Positions 10,237-20,700 of a stretch of DNA of 64,000 nucleotides are shown here, in pieces. The notes below the pieces were generated by a model. That model made no database searches and had not been told where the DNA came from. It was given only the letters and a program-made list of their open reading frames with translations. Position numbers and translations under genes: made by a program. The stretch spans positions 3,648,001 to 3,712,000 of the forward strand of contig OZ245033.1 in assembly GCA_965224025.1 (NCBI GenBank). Reading direction: 5' to 3'. The stretch's first letter is position 1; the number at the start of each line of letters is the position of its first letter. This DNA is from Candidatus Multivorans sp. Its GTDB lineage: Bacteria; Acidobacteriota; Thermoanaerobaculia; Multivoradales; Multivoraceae.

Positions 10237-10779
10237 ATGGACAAGACAGACGATCGGCGGGCAGCGGAGTCAAGCCGCTCCCCGAGCCGGCCCCTTGACG
10301 CCACCGACTACGCCATCCTCGCGCTCCTGCAGGAGGATTCGAATCGAACCGACGTGGACCTCGCGCGCCAGGTGCGCCTGTCCGCCTCGGGCCTGAAGAA
10401 GCGCCTGCGCAAGCTGGAACAGCGCGGCGTGATCCAGCAGCGAGTCACCCTGCTGGACCGCAACGCCGTCGATCTCGGCCTGCTGTGCTTCGTGCAGGTC
10501 TTCCTCACTCACCACCAGGCCGACGCCCGACGGCACTTCAGTGATGCCGTCCGGAAGCTGCCGGAAGTACTCGAGTGTCACTTCCTGACCGGCGAGCACG
10601 ACTACATGCTGAAGATTGTGGCCAGGGACTATCGCCACCTGGAACACATCCTCGCTGACCAGCTCGCCTGCATACCGGGAGTCGACCGTCTGCTGACGAG
10701 CATCGTGCTGAACGAGATCAAGCGCACGACCGCTCTGCCGCTCGGGGCCCCGGCGGAGGCCGGCACAGGAGATTTGTAG
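10237..10779 (+). CDS. Lrp/AsnC family transcriptional regulator (copy 1)
   Basis: LDATDYAILALLQED HTH, EVLECHFLTGEHDYMLKI effector domain; divergent from the aminotransferase operon. Confidence 0.93.
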   Translation: MDKTDDRRAAESSRSPSRPLDATDYAILALLQEDSNRTDVDLARQVRLSASGLKKRLRKLEQRGVIQQRVTLLDRNAVDLGLLCFVQVFLTHHQADARRHFSDAVRKLPEVLECHFLTGEHDYMLKIVARDYRHLEHILADQLACIPGVDRLLTSIVLNEIKRTTALPLGAPAEAGTGDL

Positions 10780-10847
10780 GGGTCTCCAAGCATCCGCGCC
10801 GTCCGGCCTCCAGGGTTTCCGCCGGCTCTTGCTACCCTCCCGCTCCA

Positions 10848-12404
10848 ATGAACGGCGCCCAAGCCATGATCCGGACCGCCGCCAATGCCGGCGTCGAGGT
10901 CTGCTTCGCCAATCCCGGCACGTCCGAGATCCACCTCGTCGCGGCTCTCGACGAGATCCCGGGCGTGCGCGGCGTGCTGGCTCAGTTCGAGGGCGTCGCC
11001 ACCGGCGCCGCGGACGGCTACGGCCGCATGGCCGGCAAGCCGGCGTTGACCCTGGTCCATCTCGGCCCCGGCTTCGCGAACGGCATCGCCAACCTGCACA
11101 ACGCGCGGCGCGGCCACACGCCGCTCGTCAACGTCATCGGCCACCATCCCACCTGGCACCGCAACTACGACCCGCCGCTCAACACCAGGGTCGAGAGCCT
11201 GGTAGAGGGAGTCTCCGACTGGCAACGAACAGTCGCCTCGGCCAATCACATCTCGCGCGACATGGCCGCCGCCATCTCGGCTTCCCTGCACCACCCGGGG
11301 CGGATCGCCACCTTGATCGTGCCCACCGACTGCCAGTGGAGCGAAGCCGGAGGAAGGGTCGTCGAGCCGGCCTCTCCGCTCGGCGCCCGCGTCGCCCCGG
11401 ATGCGGTCGAGCGCGCCCGGGCCGCCGTAGGCCGAGGCGCGCGCACGATGCTCATGCTGGGCAGTTCCGGAAATACGGCCGCAGCCCAGCGAGAAGCCGC
11501 GAAGGTACAGCGGGCGACCGGATGCCGACTCGTCGCCGAGACGTTCTCGGGGCGCATGGAGCGCGGTCCGTCTCTGCCGACGCTGCCCAGGTTGCCCTAC
11601 TTTCCCGAGCAGGCTGCCGAGTTCATGAGCGGGATCGACACGCTCGTCCTGGGCGGAGCGCTCGATCCCGTCGCCTTCTTCGGCTACGAGGGCGGCCCAA
11701 GCCGCTTGACTCCGGAGTCGGTGGAAGTCGTCATCCTGAGCCATCCCACCGAAGACAGCGGCCACGCACTCACCGAGCTGGCCCTGGCTCTCGACGCCAA
11801 GGAAGAGCCGCCGGCCCGCGCCGTCGAGCGGCCGCCGGCGCCAAGCGGCCCGATCGGAACCCGGGTCGCGGCCCAGGCTATCGCCGCCACGCTGCCCGAG
11901 AACGCGATCGTCATGGATGAGGGAATCACCGCCGGTTCCGCCTTCTATCCCGCCACGATGAACGGCCCCGCTCACACCTACCTGCAGGAGAACGGCGGCG
12001 CCATCGGCCTGGGCCTGCCGGCGTCGCTCGGCGCAGCGATCGCGTGCCCGGACCGCAAGGTGCTGACGCTCGAGGGCGACGGCAGCGGCCTGTACACGGT
12101 GCAGGCGCTCTGGAGCCAGGTCCGCGAGGGGGTCGACGTCGTCAATCTGGTGTTCGCCAACGACATCTACCGCATCCTTCAGGTCGAGCTGCAAAGAGCC
12201 GGGGTCGAGGAGTTCGGGCCGCAGAGCCTGAACCTGACGGAGTTCCGCGAGCCGCGGGTGGAGTGGCTCGACCTTGCCCGAGGTTTCGGCATGCCCGCCG
12301 TGCAGGTGCGCACCGGCGAAGAGCTGACCGCGGCGCTCGAGCGCGGTTTCGCCGAACCTGGCCCCTGCCTGATCGAAGCGCTGGTCAGCGACTCCACCTT
12401 CTAG
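10848..12404 (+). CDS. Thiamine diphosphate-dependent enzyme (acetolactate synthase large subunit / benzoylformate decarboxylase-like)
   Basis: FANPGTSE, ADGYGRM, HLGPGFANG, GDGSGLY...N TPP-binding motif. Confidence 0.88.
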   Translation: MNGAQAMIRTAANAGVEVCFANPGTSEIHLVAALDEIPGVRGVLAQFEGVATGAADGYGRMAGKPALTLVHLGPGFANGIANLHNARRGHTPLVNVIGHHPTWHRNYDPPLNTRVESLVEGVSDWQRTVASANHISRDMAAAISASLHHPGRIATLIVPTDCQWSEAGGRVVEPASPLGARVAPDAVERARAAVGRGARTMLMLGSSGNTAAAQREAAKVQRATGCRLVAETFSGRMERGPSLPTLPRLPYFPEQAAEFMSGIDTLVLGGALDPVAFFGYEGGPSRLTPESVEVVILSHPTEDSGHALTELALALDAKEEPPARAVERPPAPSGPIGTRVAAQAIAATLPENAIVMDEGITAGSAFYPATMNGPAHTYLQENGGAIGLGLPASLGAAIACPDRKVLTLEGDGSGLYTVQALWSQVREGVDVVNLVFANDIYRILQVELQRAGVEEFGPQSLNLTEFREPRVEWLDLARGFGMPAVQVRTGEELTAALERGFAEPGPCLIEALVSDSTF

Positions 12405-12423
12405 AGACGCGAATCGGGCCCGG

Positions 12424-13461
12424 TTGAAGTACGCGGTCACACTCCTGCCAGGGGACGACATCGGTCCCGAAGTCAGCAAGGCGATGGTGCGCGCGGTCGA
12501 CTTCGTCACCGTCAGCCGGATCGAGTGGGAGCCGGTCGTGGCCGGCAGCACGGCCGTCGACCAGGGACTCTCACCGCTCCCGGACGAGGCGATCGAGTCG
12601 ATCCGGCGCAACCGGATCGCCATCAAGGGTCCTCTGCAGACCCCGGTGGCCGGCGGCTGGCGCAGCGTCAACGTCCTGTTGCGGCAGTCGCTGGAGCTGT
12701 TCGCGTGCGTGCGGCCGGTGCGGTCGATGCCCGGCAACACCCGCGCCCGCTACGACGGCGTCGACCTGATCATCGTGCGGGAGAACACGGAGGGCCTCTA
12801 CAGCGGCCGCGAGCACGAGGTCGTCGACGGCGTGGTCGAGGCTCTCAAGATCGTCACCCGGGCCGCCTCGCGGCGGATCATGCAGTTCGCCTTCGAGTAC
12901 GCGCGCAGCCACGGCCGCAAGAAGCTGACGATCGTCCACAAGGCGTCGATCACGCCGCTGTCGGACAACCTGTTCCTGGACTGCGCCCGCGAGTGCGAAC
13001 GGAACTACCCCTTCTTCCAGGTCGACTACCTGCCGCTCGACAACCTCGCGCTGGAACTGGCCAAGGATCCGACCCGGTTCGACATGTTGGTGATGGGCAA
13101 CCTGGACGGAGACCTGATGAGCGACCTCTGCGCCGGCCTGGTCGGCGGGCTGGGCCTCGTTCCGGGAGCGAACTACGGCAACGGCTGCGCGGTGTTCGAA
13201 GCGGTACACGGCACGGCGCCCGATATTGCCGGCCGCGATTTGGCCAATCCGATCGCCCTGATCCTGTCCGCCGAGTTGATGCTGCGCTACGTCGGCGAGG
13301 CGGAGGCGGCGGCGCACCTGCGCGCCGGCGTCGAACGCCTCCTGATTGGTGGCAAGGCGCTCACCCGTGACCTTGGAGGCACGGCAAACACGTCCGAATT
13401 CACCGACGCCCTGCTGGCCGAACTCGAGGCCGTGGCCATGGAGCGCGAGGCCGCACGATGA
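12424..13461 (+). CDS. Isocitrate/isopropylmalate dehydrogenase family protein, paralog A (catalytic-like)
   Basis: PGDDIGPE, KGPLQTP, SVNVLLR, RENTEGLY, GDLMSDLCAGLVGGLG, EAVHGTAPDIAG, ANP, TRDLGG. Confidence 0.9.
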   Translation: MKYAVTLLPGDDIGPEVSKAMVRAVDFVTVSRIEWEPVVAGSTAVDQGLSPLPDEAIESIRRNRIAIKGPLQTPVAGGWRSVNVLLRQSLELFACVRPVRSMPGNTRARYDGVDLIIVRENTEGLYSGREHEVVDGVVEALKIVTRAASRRIMQFAFEYARSHGRKKLTIVHKASITPLSDNLFLDCARECERNYPFFQVDYLPLDNLALELAKDPTRFDMLVMGNLDGDLMSDLCAGLVGGLGLVPGANYGNGCAVFEAVHGTAPDIAGRDLANPIALILSAELMLRYVGEAEAAAHLRAGVERLLIGGKALTRDLGGTANTSEFTDALLAELEAVAMEREAAR

Positions 13462-14503
13462 CCGGCGACGGCGAGCAGAACGGCGGTCCGCCGCGTGTCG
13501 CGCTGATCGTCGGCGCCAGCGGCATCGGCACCGAAACCGCGCCACCGGTGCTCGCGATCCTGGAGGCGGTGGGCGCCGACTTCGACTTCGTCCGGGTCGA
13601 CGTGCCGACGGCGGTGCGCCGGAACACGGAAACGGTGCTCAGCGAGGCGGCCGAGACGATCCGCGACTGCCGGGTGGCGCTCAAGACCCGGCTGATCGGG
13701 CCTGGTCCGGACGCCGTGCGCGTCGGACCGGGTCCTCAGAACGCCAACGTCGCGCTCAGGCAAATGCTGGGCCTGTGGGCGAGCGTTCGACCGATGCGCT
13801 CCATACCCGGACTGCCGACGCGCTACCCGGACCTCGACGTCCTACTGATCCGTGAGATCACCGAGGGCGTGTACCGGGGCATCGAGCACGAGATCGTGGA
13901 CGGGGTGGTCGAGAGCATGAAAGTCGTGAGCCGCGCCGCCTGCCAGAGAATCGCGGACTACGCCTTCCGCATCGCCCAGCGGCATCAGCGCAAGAAGATC
14001 ACGGCCATCCACAAGGCCAACATCATGAAGCAGAGCGACGGTCTCTTCCTGGACACCGTACGCTCCGTCGCCACCGGCTATCCCGACATCGAAGTCGACG
14101 ACTGCATCGTCGATGCCGCGTGCATGCGTCTGGTGCTCGATCCGTACTCGTTCGACGTACTGCTGACGGAGAATCTCTACGGCGACATCATCAGCAACCT
14201 CGGCACCGGACTCGCGGGCGGCATCTCCGCCGGCCACGCGATCAACGTCGGCGACGACTGCCACGTCTTCGAGGCCGTTCACGGCGACGCGCCGCACCTG
14301 ATCGGCACCGGCCAGGCGAATCTCCTGCCGCTGCTGACGCCGGCCACCGCGCTCCTCAGACACTTCGAACTCTACGACGAGGCCGACCGGATCGACCAGG
14401 CGGTGACCACCGTTCTCGAGGAAGCCGAAGTCTGACGCCCGACCTGGGCGGCCGGTCGTCGACCTGGCAGATGGCACGGAGCATCGTTGCGGCGCTGACG
14501 TAG
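13458..14503 (+). CDS. Isocitrate/isopropylmalate dehydrogenase family protein, paralog B (regulatory-like; frameshift near 14430)
   Basis: ATGA overlap with paralog A; REITEGVY, HKANIMKQSDGLF, NLYGDIISN, EAVHGDAP. Frame stops at 14435 but the conserved LTPDLGG tail continues in another frame to 14503. Confidence 0.85.
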
Positions 14504-14789
14504 GTCGAGGTAGCAAGAAGTCCTCCACCGGGCGCAGGGCCAGACGGGAGAACCGGCGGGCAATCGTTCGGAATCGCGCCGGGTTCGGCCTCGGTGAACT
14601 CGCCGCACGCCCGGCACCGCGAGCAACTCGAAGCTGTGAAGCCGTCCCCAGGGTCTCGCTTCTTCCGTGGGCGGCGAAGCCAATGGCTCATCTGCGCTTA
14701 TGGCGGTCATTTGCTCAGTCTTGTCTCATTGTTGCCCTCTTTCGGCCTTTCCAAGCCCACGCCATACGAGGAAAATAACAAGACTAGGC

Positions 14790-17700
14790 ATGATTCATCA
14801 GCCCCCGGCGCGGGAGAATAAGTCGGCCCGCCAGCGCCTCCTGACCGGCTGCGGCCAGCCGTGGCGGCGACTCCTCGCCTTTAGGTATGCGGCATCCGCC
14901 GCCGCCGGGTCCCGCGCGTCCGTCTGTCGCGCGCCGCCGGCTCGTCCGCTCCGCGCGCTGGCCCCCGCGGTGCTACTCGCCCTCTCCGGCGCGCTCGCGC
15001 TGCCCGCCACGGCCCAGACCGTCGTGCTGGTCAGCAGTTTCGGAAACGACCAGGCAACGGCGAACCTAAAGGTCGGCACATCTAGCTGGGCGAAGTGCTT
15101 CAGCACGGGCACGAACAGCGGGGGGTACGACCTGACCAGCCTCGAGCTCGACGTCAAAGTCGTGCCGGCTTCGACGGCCGAGCTCAGGGTGGCGATCTAC
15201 TCATCGACCTTGGCGTCGGGCGAGGTGGTGCCGGACTCCGAAGTGGTTGCATTGGATATTCCGACGCTGGCCGTGGGAACGAGCACCTTCACGGTGCCGG
15301 CGAACACGGTGCTGGCGGCCAGCACGGTCGCTGCCACTGCGAGCTATTGCGTCGTGGTCGGAGACTCGGCGTTTGGCGGGACTACTCTGGAGCTGGGGAG
15401 GGCCACCACTGGTTCAGCGGACAGCACAGGGCTGACGGGTTGGGCTCTTGGGAGCGGGTACCAGAAACCGCTGTTGTCGCTTTGGGGCCTTGACGACGGT
15501 CCCGACAAGATGCGGGTTCGCCTGAACGGCAGCGCGGTGTCGACGGACGCGACGCTGAGCGCGCTGTCCCTGGGCACGGGCGTGACGCTGAGCCGGCCCT
15601 TCGCCTCGGGCGCCACCACCTACACGGCGTCGGTGGCGAACAGCGTCGACGAGGTGACGGTGACGCCGACGACGAACCATGCCCAAGCGACGTACGTATA
15701 CCTGGACGCGTCCGACAAAGCGCTCGCCGACGCGGACATCAACACGGCCGGCCACCAGGTGGCGCTGACGGTGGGCGACACCGTCTTCAAGGTGAAGGTG
15801 ACGGCCGAGGACGCCACCACGACGCAGACCTACAGCGTGACCGTGACGCGGGCGGCGCCCCCCCGGCTGAGGCCGGCGCTGAGCATCGCGGACGCTGCGG
15901 CATCCGAGGGCGACCCCATGTCTTTCGGGTTGACGCTGTCGGCAGCGGCTTCAGAGGACCTGAGGGTGATCTGGGTATTGTCGATCGAGAGCGGCGACAC
16001 GGCGGCCACTACGGACCTCGGGCTCTCTGACGGGATTGTGACCATCACGGCGGGCCAGATGACGGGAGCGATCACCTACGCGTCGGCGGAGGACGAGATC
16101 GACGAGCCGGACGAGACCTTCACGATCACGCTGATGGAGGTGCTTCCGTCGCGTCTCGCGCTGTTGGCGGCGGACCCGACGGCCAAGGGCACGATCAGGG
16201 ACGACGACCCGGAACCGACGCTGAGCGTGGGCAGTACTGTGGGGAACGAAAACGACGGCTTTCTGACGTTCCCGGTCGAGCTGTCGGCCGCGAGCGGCAA
16301 GACGGTGACGGTGGACTGGGAGACATCTACGGAGTCGGGCGACACGGCGACCTATGACACGGACTTCAAGGCGGATTCGGAGACGCTGACCTTCATTCCG
16401 GGCGACGTGGCGGGGAACTTCACGGTGGAGGTGATCCCCGACGCGGACGTCGAAAACGACGAGACCTTCACGGTGACGCTGTTCAACGCGACCAACGCGG
16501 GGATTTCGGACGCGACGGCGCGGGGCACGATCATCGACGCGGGCTGCAGGCTGAACACCGGCGACCTGTGGTGCGGTGTTTTGACGGTGGGGCCGATCAG
16601 CACTACCCAGGACGGCTTCTTCGGCGCGACGGGCGGCCTGTCGGACGCGACGTTCTCGGTGGGGACCGCCAGTTACGCGATCGACCAGGTGAGTGTCGCC
16701 AACTCCACCTCGACGAACCCGGGGCGACTTCTCTTCAGCCTGACCGGCGGCCTCACCACCGTCCAGAAGGCCAAGCTGGTGCTGCATGTGGACAGCGAGC
16801 AGTTCGCGTTCAGCGCGGCACTGTACTTGGGCGGCAACCACAGCTACCGATGGACCGGCACGAGCCTGGACTGGTCGTCCACCTCCACGGTGACGCTGCG
16901 CCTGCGGGCGGCCAACAGCGCCCCGGTGTTCGCCGACGCCAGCGTGGCGCGGGAGGTGGAGGAGAACAGCGTTGCGGGGACCGATGTCGGCGCCGTGGTG
17001 CCGGCGACCGACGCGGACAGCGGCGACACGCTGGAGTACAGCCTGGAGGGGCCGGGCGCGGCGGCGTTCGACATCGACGACTCCTTGGGCCAGATCCGGA
17101 CCGTGTCGGGCCAGGACTACAACCACGAGGCGAGGAACTCCTACTTGATGTCGGTGAAGGCCTCGGACGGCATCGCCAGCGACACGATCGCCGTGACGAT
17201 CAACGTCACGGACGTCAACGAGAAGTCGGCCAAGCCGGACAAGCCGACGCTGGCGGCGGTCGCGGGCTCGTCGCAGCGCCTGGACTCAAGCTGGACGAAG
17301 CCGGACCTGAACGGCGGGCCGGATATCACCGGCTACGCCCTGCAGTACCGCGAGGTCGCGACGGGCAGTTGGGAGGACTTCGCGCACACCGGCGCCGGCG
17401 TCACGGCGACGATCACCGGGCTGACGGCGAACACCGACTATCAGATCCAGGTGCTGGCGAAGAACGGGGAGACCGACAGCGACTGGTCGGACTCCTCCGA
17501 CGTGGCGAGCACGAATCCGGCGAAGCCGCCGGACCTCACCGAAGTCTACGCCGGCGAGGCTGGCTTGACCATCCTTTGGGCGCCCGTGCGGGACGATCAC
17601 CCCGCCGCGACCTACGACTTGCGCTACATCGACTTGACGCCCACATCGGGAGAGTCACCGGACGCGGGCGATCCCGACGCCTGGACCGTAGTCGAGAATG

Positions 17701-20700
17701 TCTGGCGCCGGCCCGCCGCCGGCGCCCCCCTCTACGTCCTGCAGGGCCTGGAGAACTTCCATGACTACCTGGTCGCGGTGCGCGCGGTTCAGCCCGGAGG
17801 CAATCAAGGCCCGTGGTCCGAACAGGGCGCGTCGGTGTCGCCTGCACCCCACCCGGACAACGCCTCCCAGGAAGATCCCGATGCCAGGAAGGCCACGGAG
17901 CTGCCGTTCGACAGACCTGTGTCCGGCTTCCTCCAGGACCCTGCCCCCGGCCAAGCCGGTATTGGTGACTCCGACTACTTCAGGTTCGTACTCGACCGTA
18001 GGAACTCGGCGATTGTGTGTTACACCACAGGCGACGTCGACACTGCCGCCCGGATCGTCGTGGATGGCGATGTCGACAATGTCACACGAGTCGTTGCGGG
18101 CGGCCGGCCCAAGGACGGCCGGAACAACTTCCGCTTCGCAATGAACGAATCCGACTTCTCCGGCGCCTTCTCGCTGCGGGTCCACACGCGTCTTGACGAG
18201 TCTCGTGACGAGTTCGGCATACCAATCCCCGACTCCGGCACGCCAATGCCTGGCGGTGCGTATGCACTGGAATGCAAGTTCGCACCCGAAACGAGCTCCA
18301 TAATAGACGCGCAGAACATCCGTTTCTATGCCGAGACCGCGGTGTCCTTCGAAGCGCCCGGGGACCGCGAGTACCTGGCCTTCGATGTCGACGGCTCGAG
18401 CGATATCCTCCTCTACAGTCGCGGCGCCGCTGACACCCAAGCCCGAGTGCTTGACGAACGCGGCAACGTCGTCGCCTTCAGCGACGACAGAGTGCTCCAC
18501 CAACAACAACCGAAGAACTTCGCTATTCTCCTGGAAACGGAGGATCTGCCCAATGGCCGGTACGTTCTGGAGGTAGAACGATGGCCGAGAATAAACCCGT
18601 TCACGCGCGACACGGAAACGGAAATCGCGTATGTCGTCGTGTATCCGTCCGTGGCGCCCGAGAGCGGCGCGGTTGAGGACGCTTTGCCGGTGGAGCTGGG
18701 CTTCTTCGGCGGTGAGCTTGGCGACCCGAGGGCCGGGACCCTTGACTCGCCAGGGGACGGTGCGATCTTCCAGTTTGATCTGGACGAGCCGAACCATGTC
18801 TTCATCCGTGCGTTGGCTCAGTTGGAACGAAGGTGGGACCCATCCTCTACCCGGCTCCGCATGGACCTCCTCACTGAAAGGGGAGATACGGTCGACATGC
18901 ATCAGCGTCACGAGCCCTTCCCTCACGACAGCAATAAGCTTCAGGAATCCCTGACCTCCACGACCTTCCTTGACGCGGGCCGGTACTATCTTCGACTCCG
19001 TTACCATAAGGACGACCAGGTTCCTTTCATCGTCCTGGCCGGCAACCCGTATCCACTTCCGTATTTCCTTCTCGCTCTGACGGACCCCTCGCAGATCGAG
19101 ATCTTCGAGGAATGCTCCTCGCTTGGCGCGTCATCCAGCGACCCCCTGCGACCATGCCAGTGGCATCTCGATGCCGTCAGGGTCCAACCGGCCTGGGATG
19201 CAGGCTATAGGGGCGCAGGCATTGAGGTGCTGGTCTCTGATGATGGAATCGACGACCTCCACGAGGACCTGAAACCGAACCTGCACCCGAGTCGCGTGTA
19301 CGACTTTGGCCATGGCGGTTCCGATGCTTTTCACGGCTACGATGCTCACGGCAGCGCCGTAGCCGGCATAGTTGCCGCGCGGGACAACGATCTCGGGGGG
19401 CGAGGCGTGGCGCCGCGTGCGAACCTGCGTGTGCACAAGCTCTTCCCGTCTACGACGATCGGGTTCATCACCCAGTCCCTTACCCGTGACATGGCCACTG
19501 TCGCGATCATGAACAACAGCTGGGGCCAGGTAGGTCCACAGCCACACCTTCCGCAGGAGCCGCTTTCAGAAGCCCTGGCCCTCGCCATCGAAGAAGGCAT
19601 CACCCGCGGCTACGGCGGCCGGGGCGTGCTCTACGTGCATGCGGGTGGCAACAACGCCGCGAATGCAGGCGATGCGAACTACGGCCCCTTGCAGACCCAC
19701 TACGGCATTGTGGTGGTCGCTGCAACCAGTGAAGATGGCGACCCTCAGCCCTACTCGGACATAGGCTCCAATCTCTGGGTCTCCGGGCCGTCCGGTAATC
19801 TTCCCCCCGCCATATACACGACCGACAACTACAACCGCTACACGGATGCGTTCAGTGGAACATCAGCCGCGGCGCCGGTCGTGAGCGGCGTCGCCGCGTT
19901 GGTAAGAGAGGCCAACCCATCTCTTACCTGGCGAGACGTCAAGTTGATCCTGGCCTCCACCGCGCGGAAGGTGAACCCGGACAGCTCCTATTATAATTGG
20001 AGGCAGGCCGGCCGGAAGTACGACAACCACTCCGAACACTACTACCACAGCAATTTTTTTGGTTTCGGATTAGTCGACGCCGCGGCGGCCGTCGAGCTCG
20101 CAACTCGCTGGACCAATCTTCCACCGTTCGTCGAAACTGCCGGCGAGTCGGCGGAGGAAGTACACCTGGGCAGTTCAAAGGTGAGCGAAAGCAAGCTCAC
20201 CGTCTTGGCTGGGGACGTGGACTTCACGGAGTGGGTCTCCGTGGAATTCACGATCGACATCGATCGCTTCCGATCGTACGCAATCGAACTTGTGTCGCCA
20301 TCGGGAGTTCGTACATATCTGAGCTTCGGGTCAAGTGTTGTGGGTATTGTTCTCCCCGGAGCTGGAGAGCAACTTCCGTCGGAGTTCGCAAAACTGTTCG
20401 ACTTTCATCCGGGCGGGATTACGGGCACCGTGGGGTTTGGTTCCGCGGCGTTTCTGGGACTGAATCCGGTTGGCCAGTGGACTCTGCGCTGGGAACGGGT
20501 ACTGAAGGAGGGACAACCGAGTGACCATGAAGACGACGTCCTGAAGTCCTGGTCCCTGACGGCTCACGGACATGGGCGGAGCGGCTCAGCAGGAGGGTCT
20601 CCTGGGCCGCCCACTCCTCCCGAGCCGCCCCCGGCTCCTGAACCGCCCGCTCCGCCCGAGCCGCCCGCTCCTCCCGAACCGCCCCCGGCTCCTGAACCGC

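Noticed and set aside
14433-14435. TGA as selenocysteine or readthrough in dehydrogenase B
   Set aside because: Homology resumes in a different frame, which indicates an indel rather than recoding
14510-14700. Cys-containing minus-strand fragment (CRACGEFTEAEP) as a transposase zinc-finger relic
   Set aside because: Too short to support; no element ends or other transposase motifs
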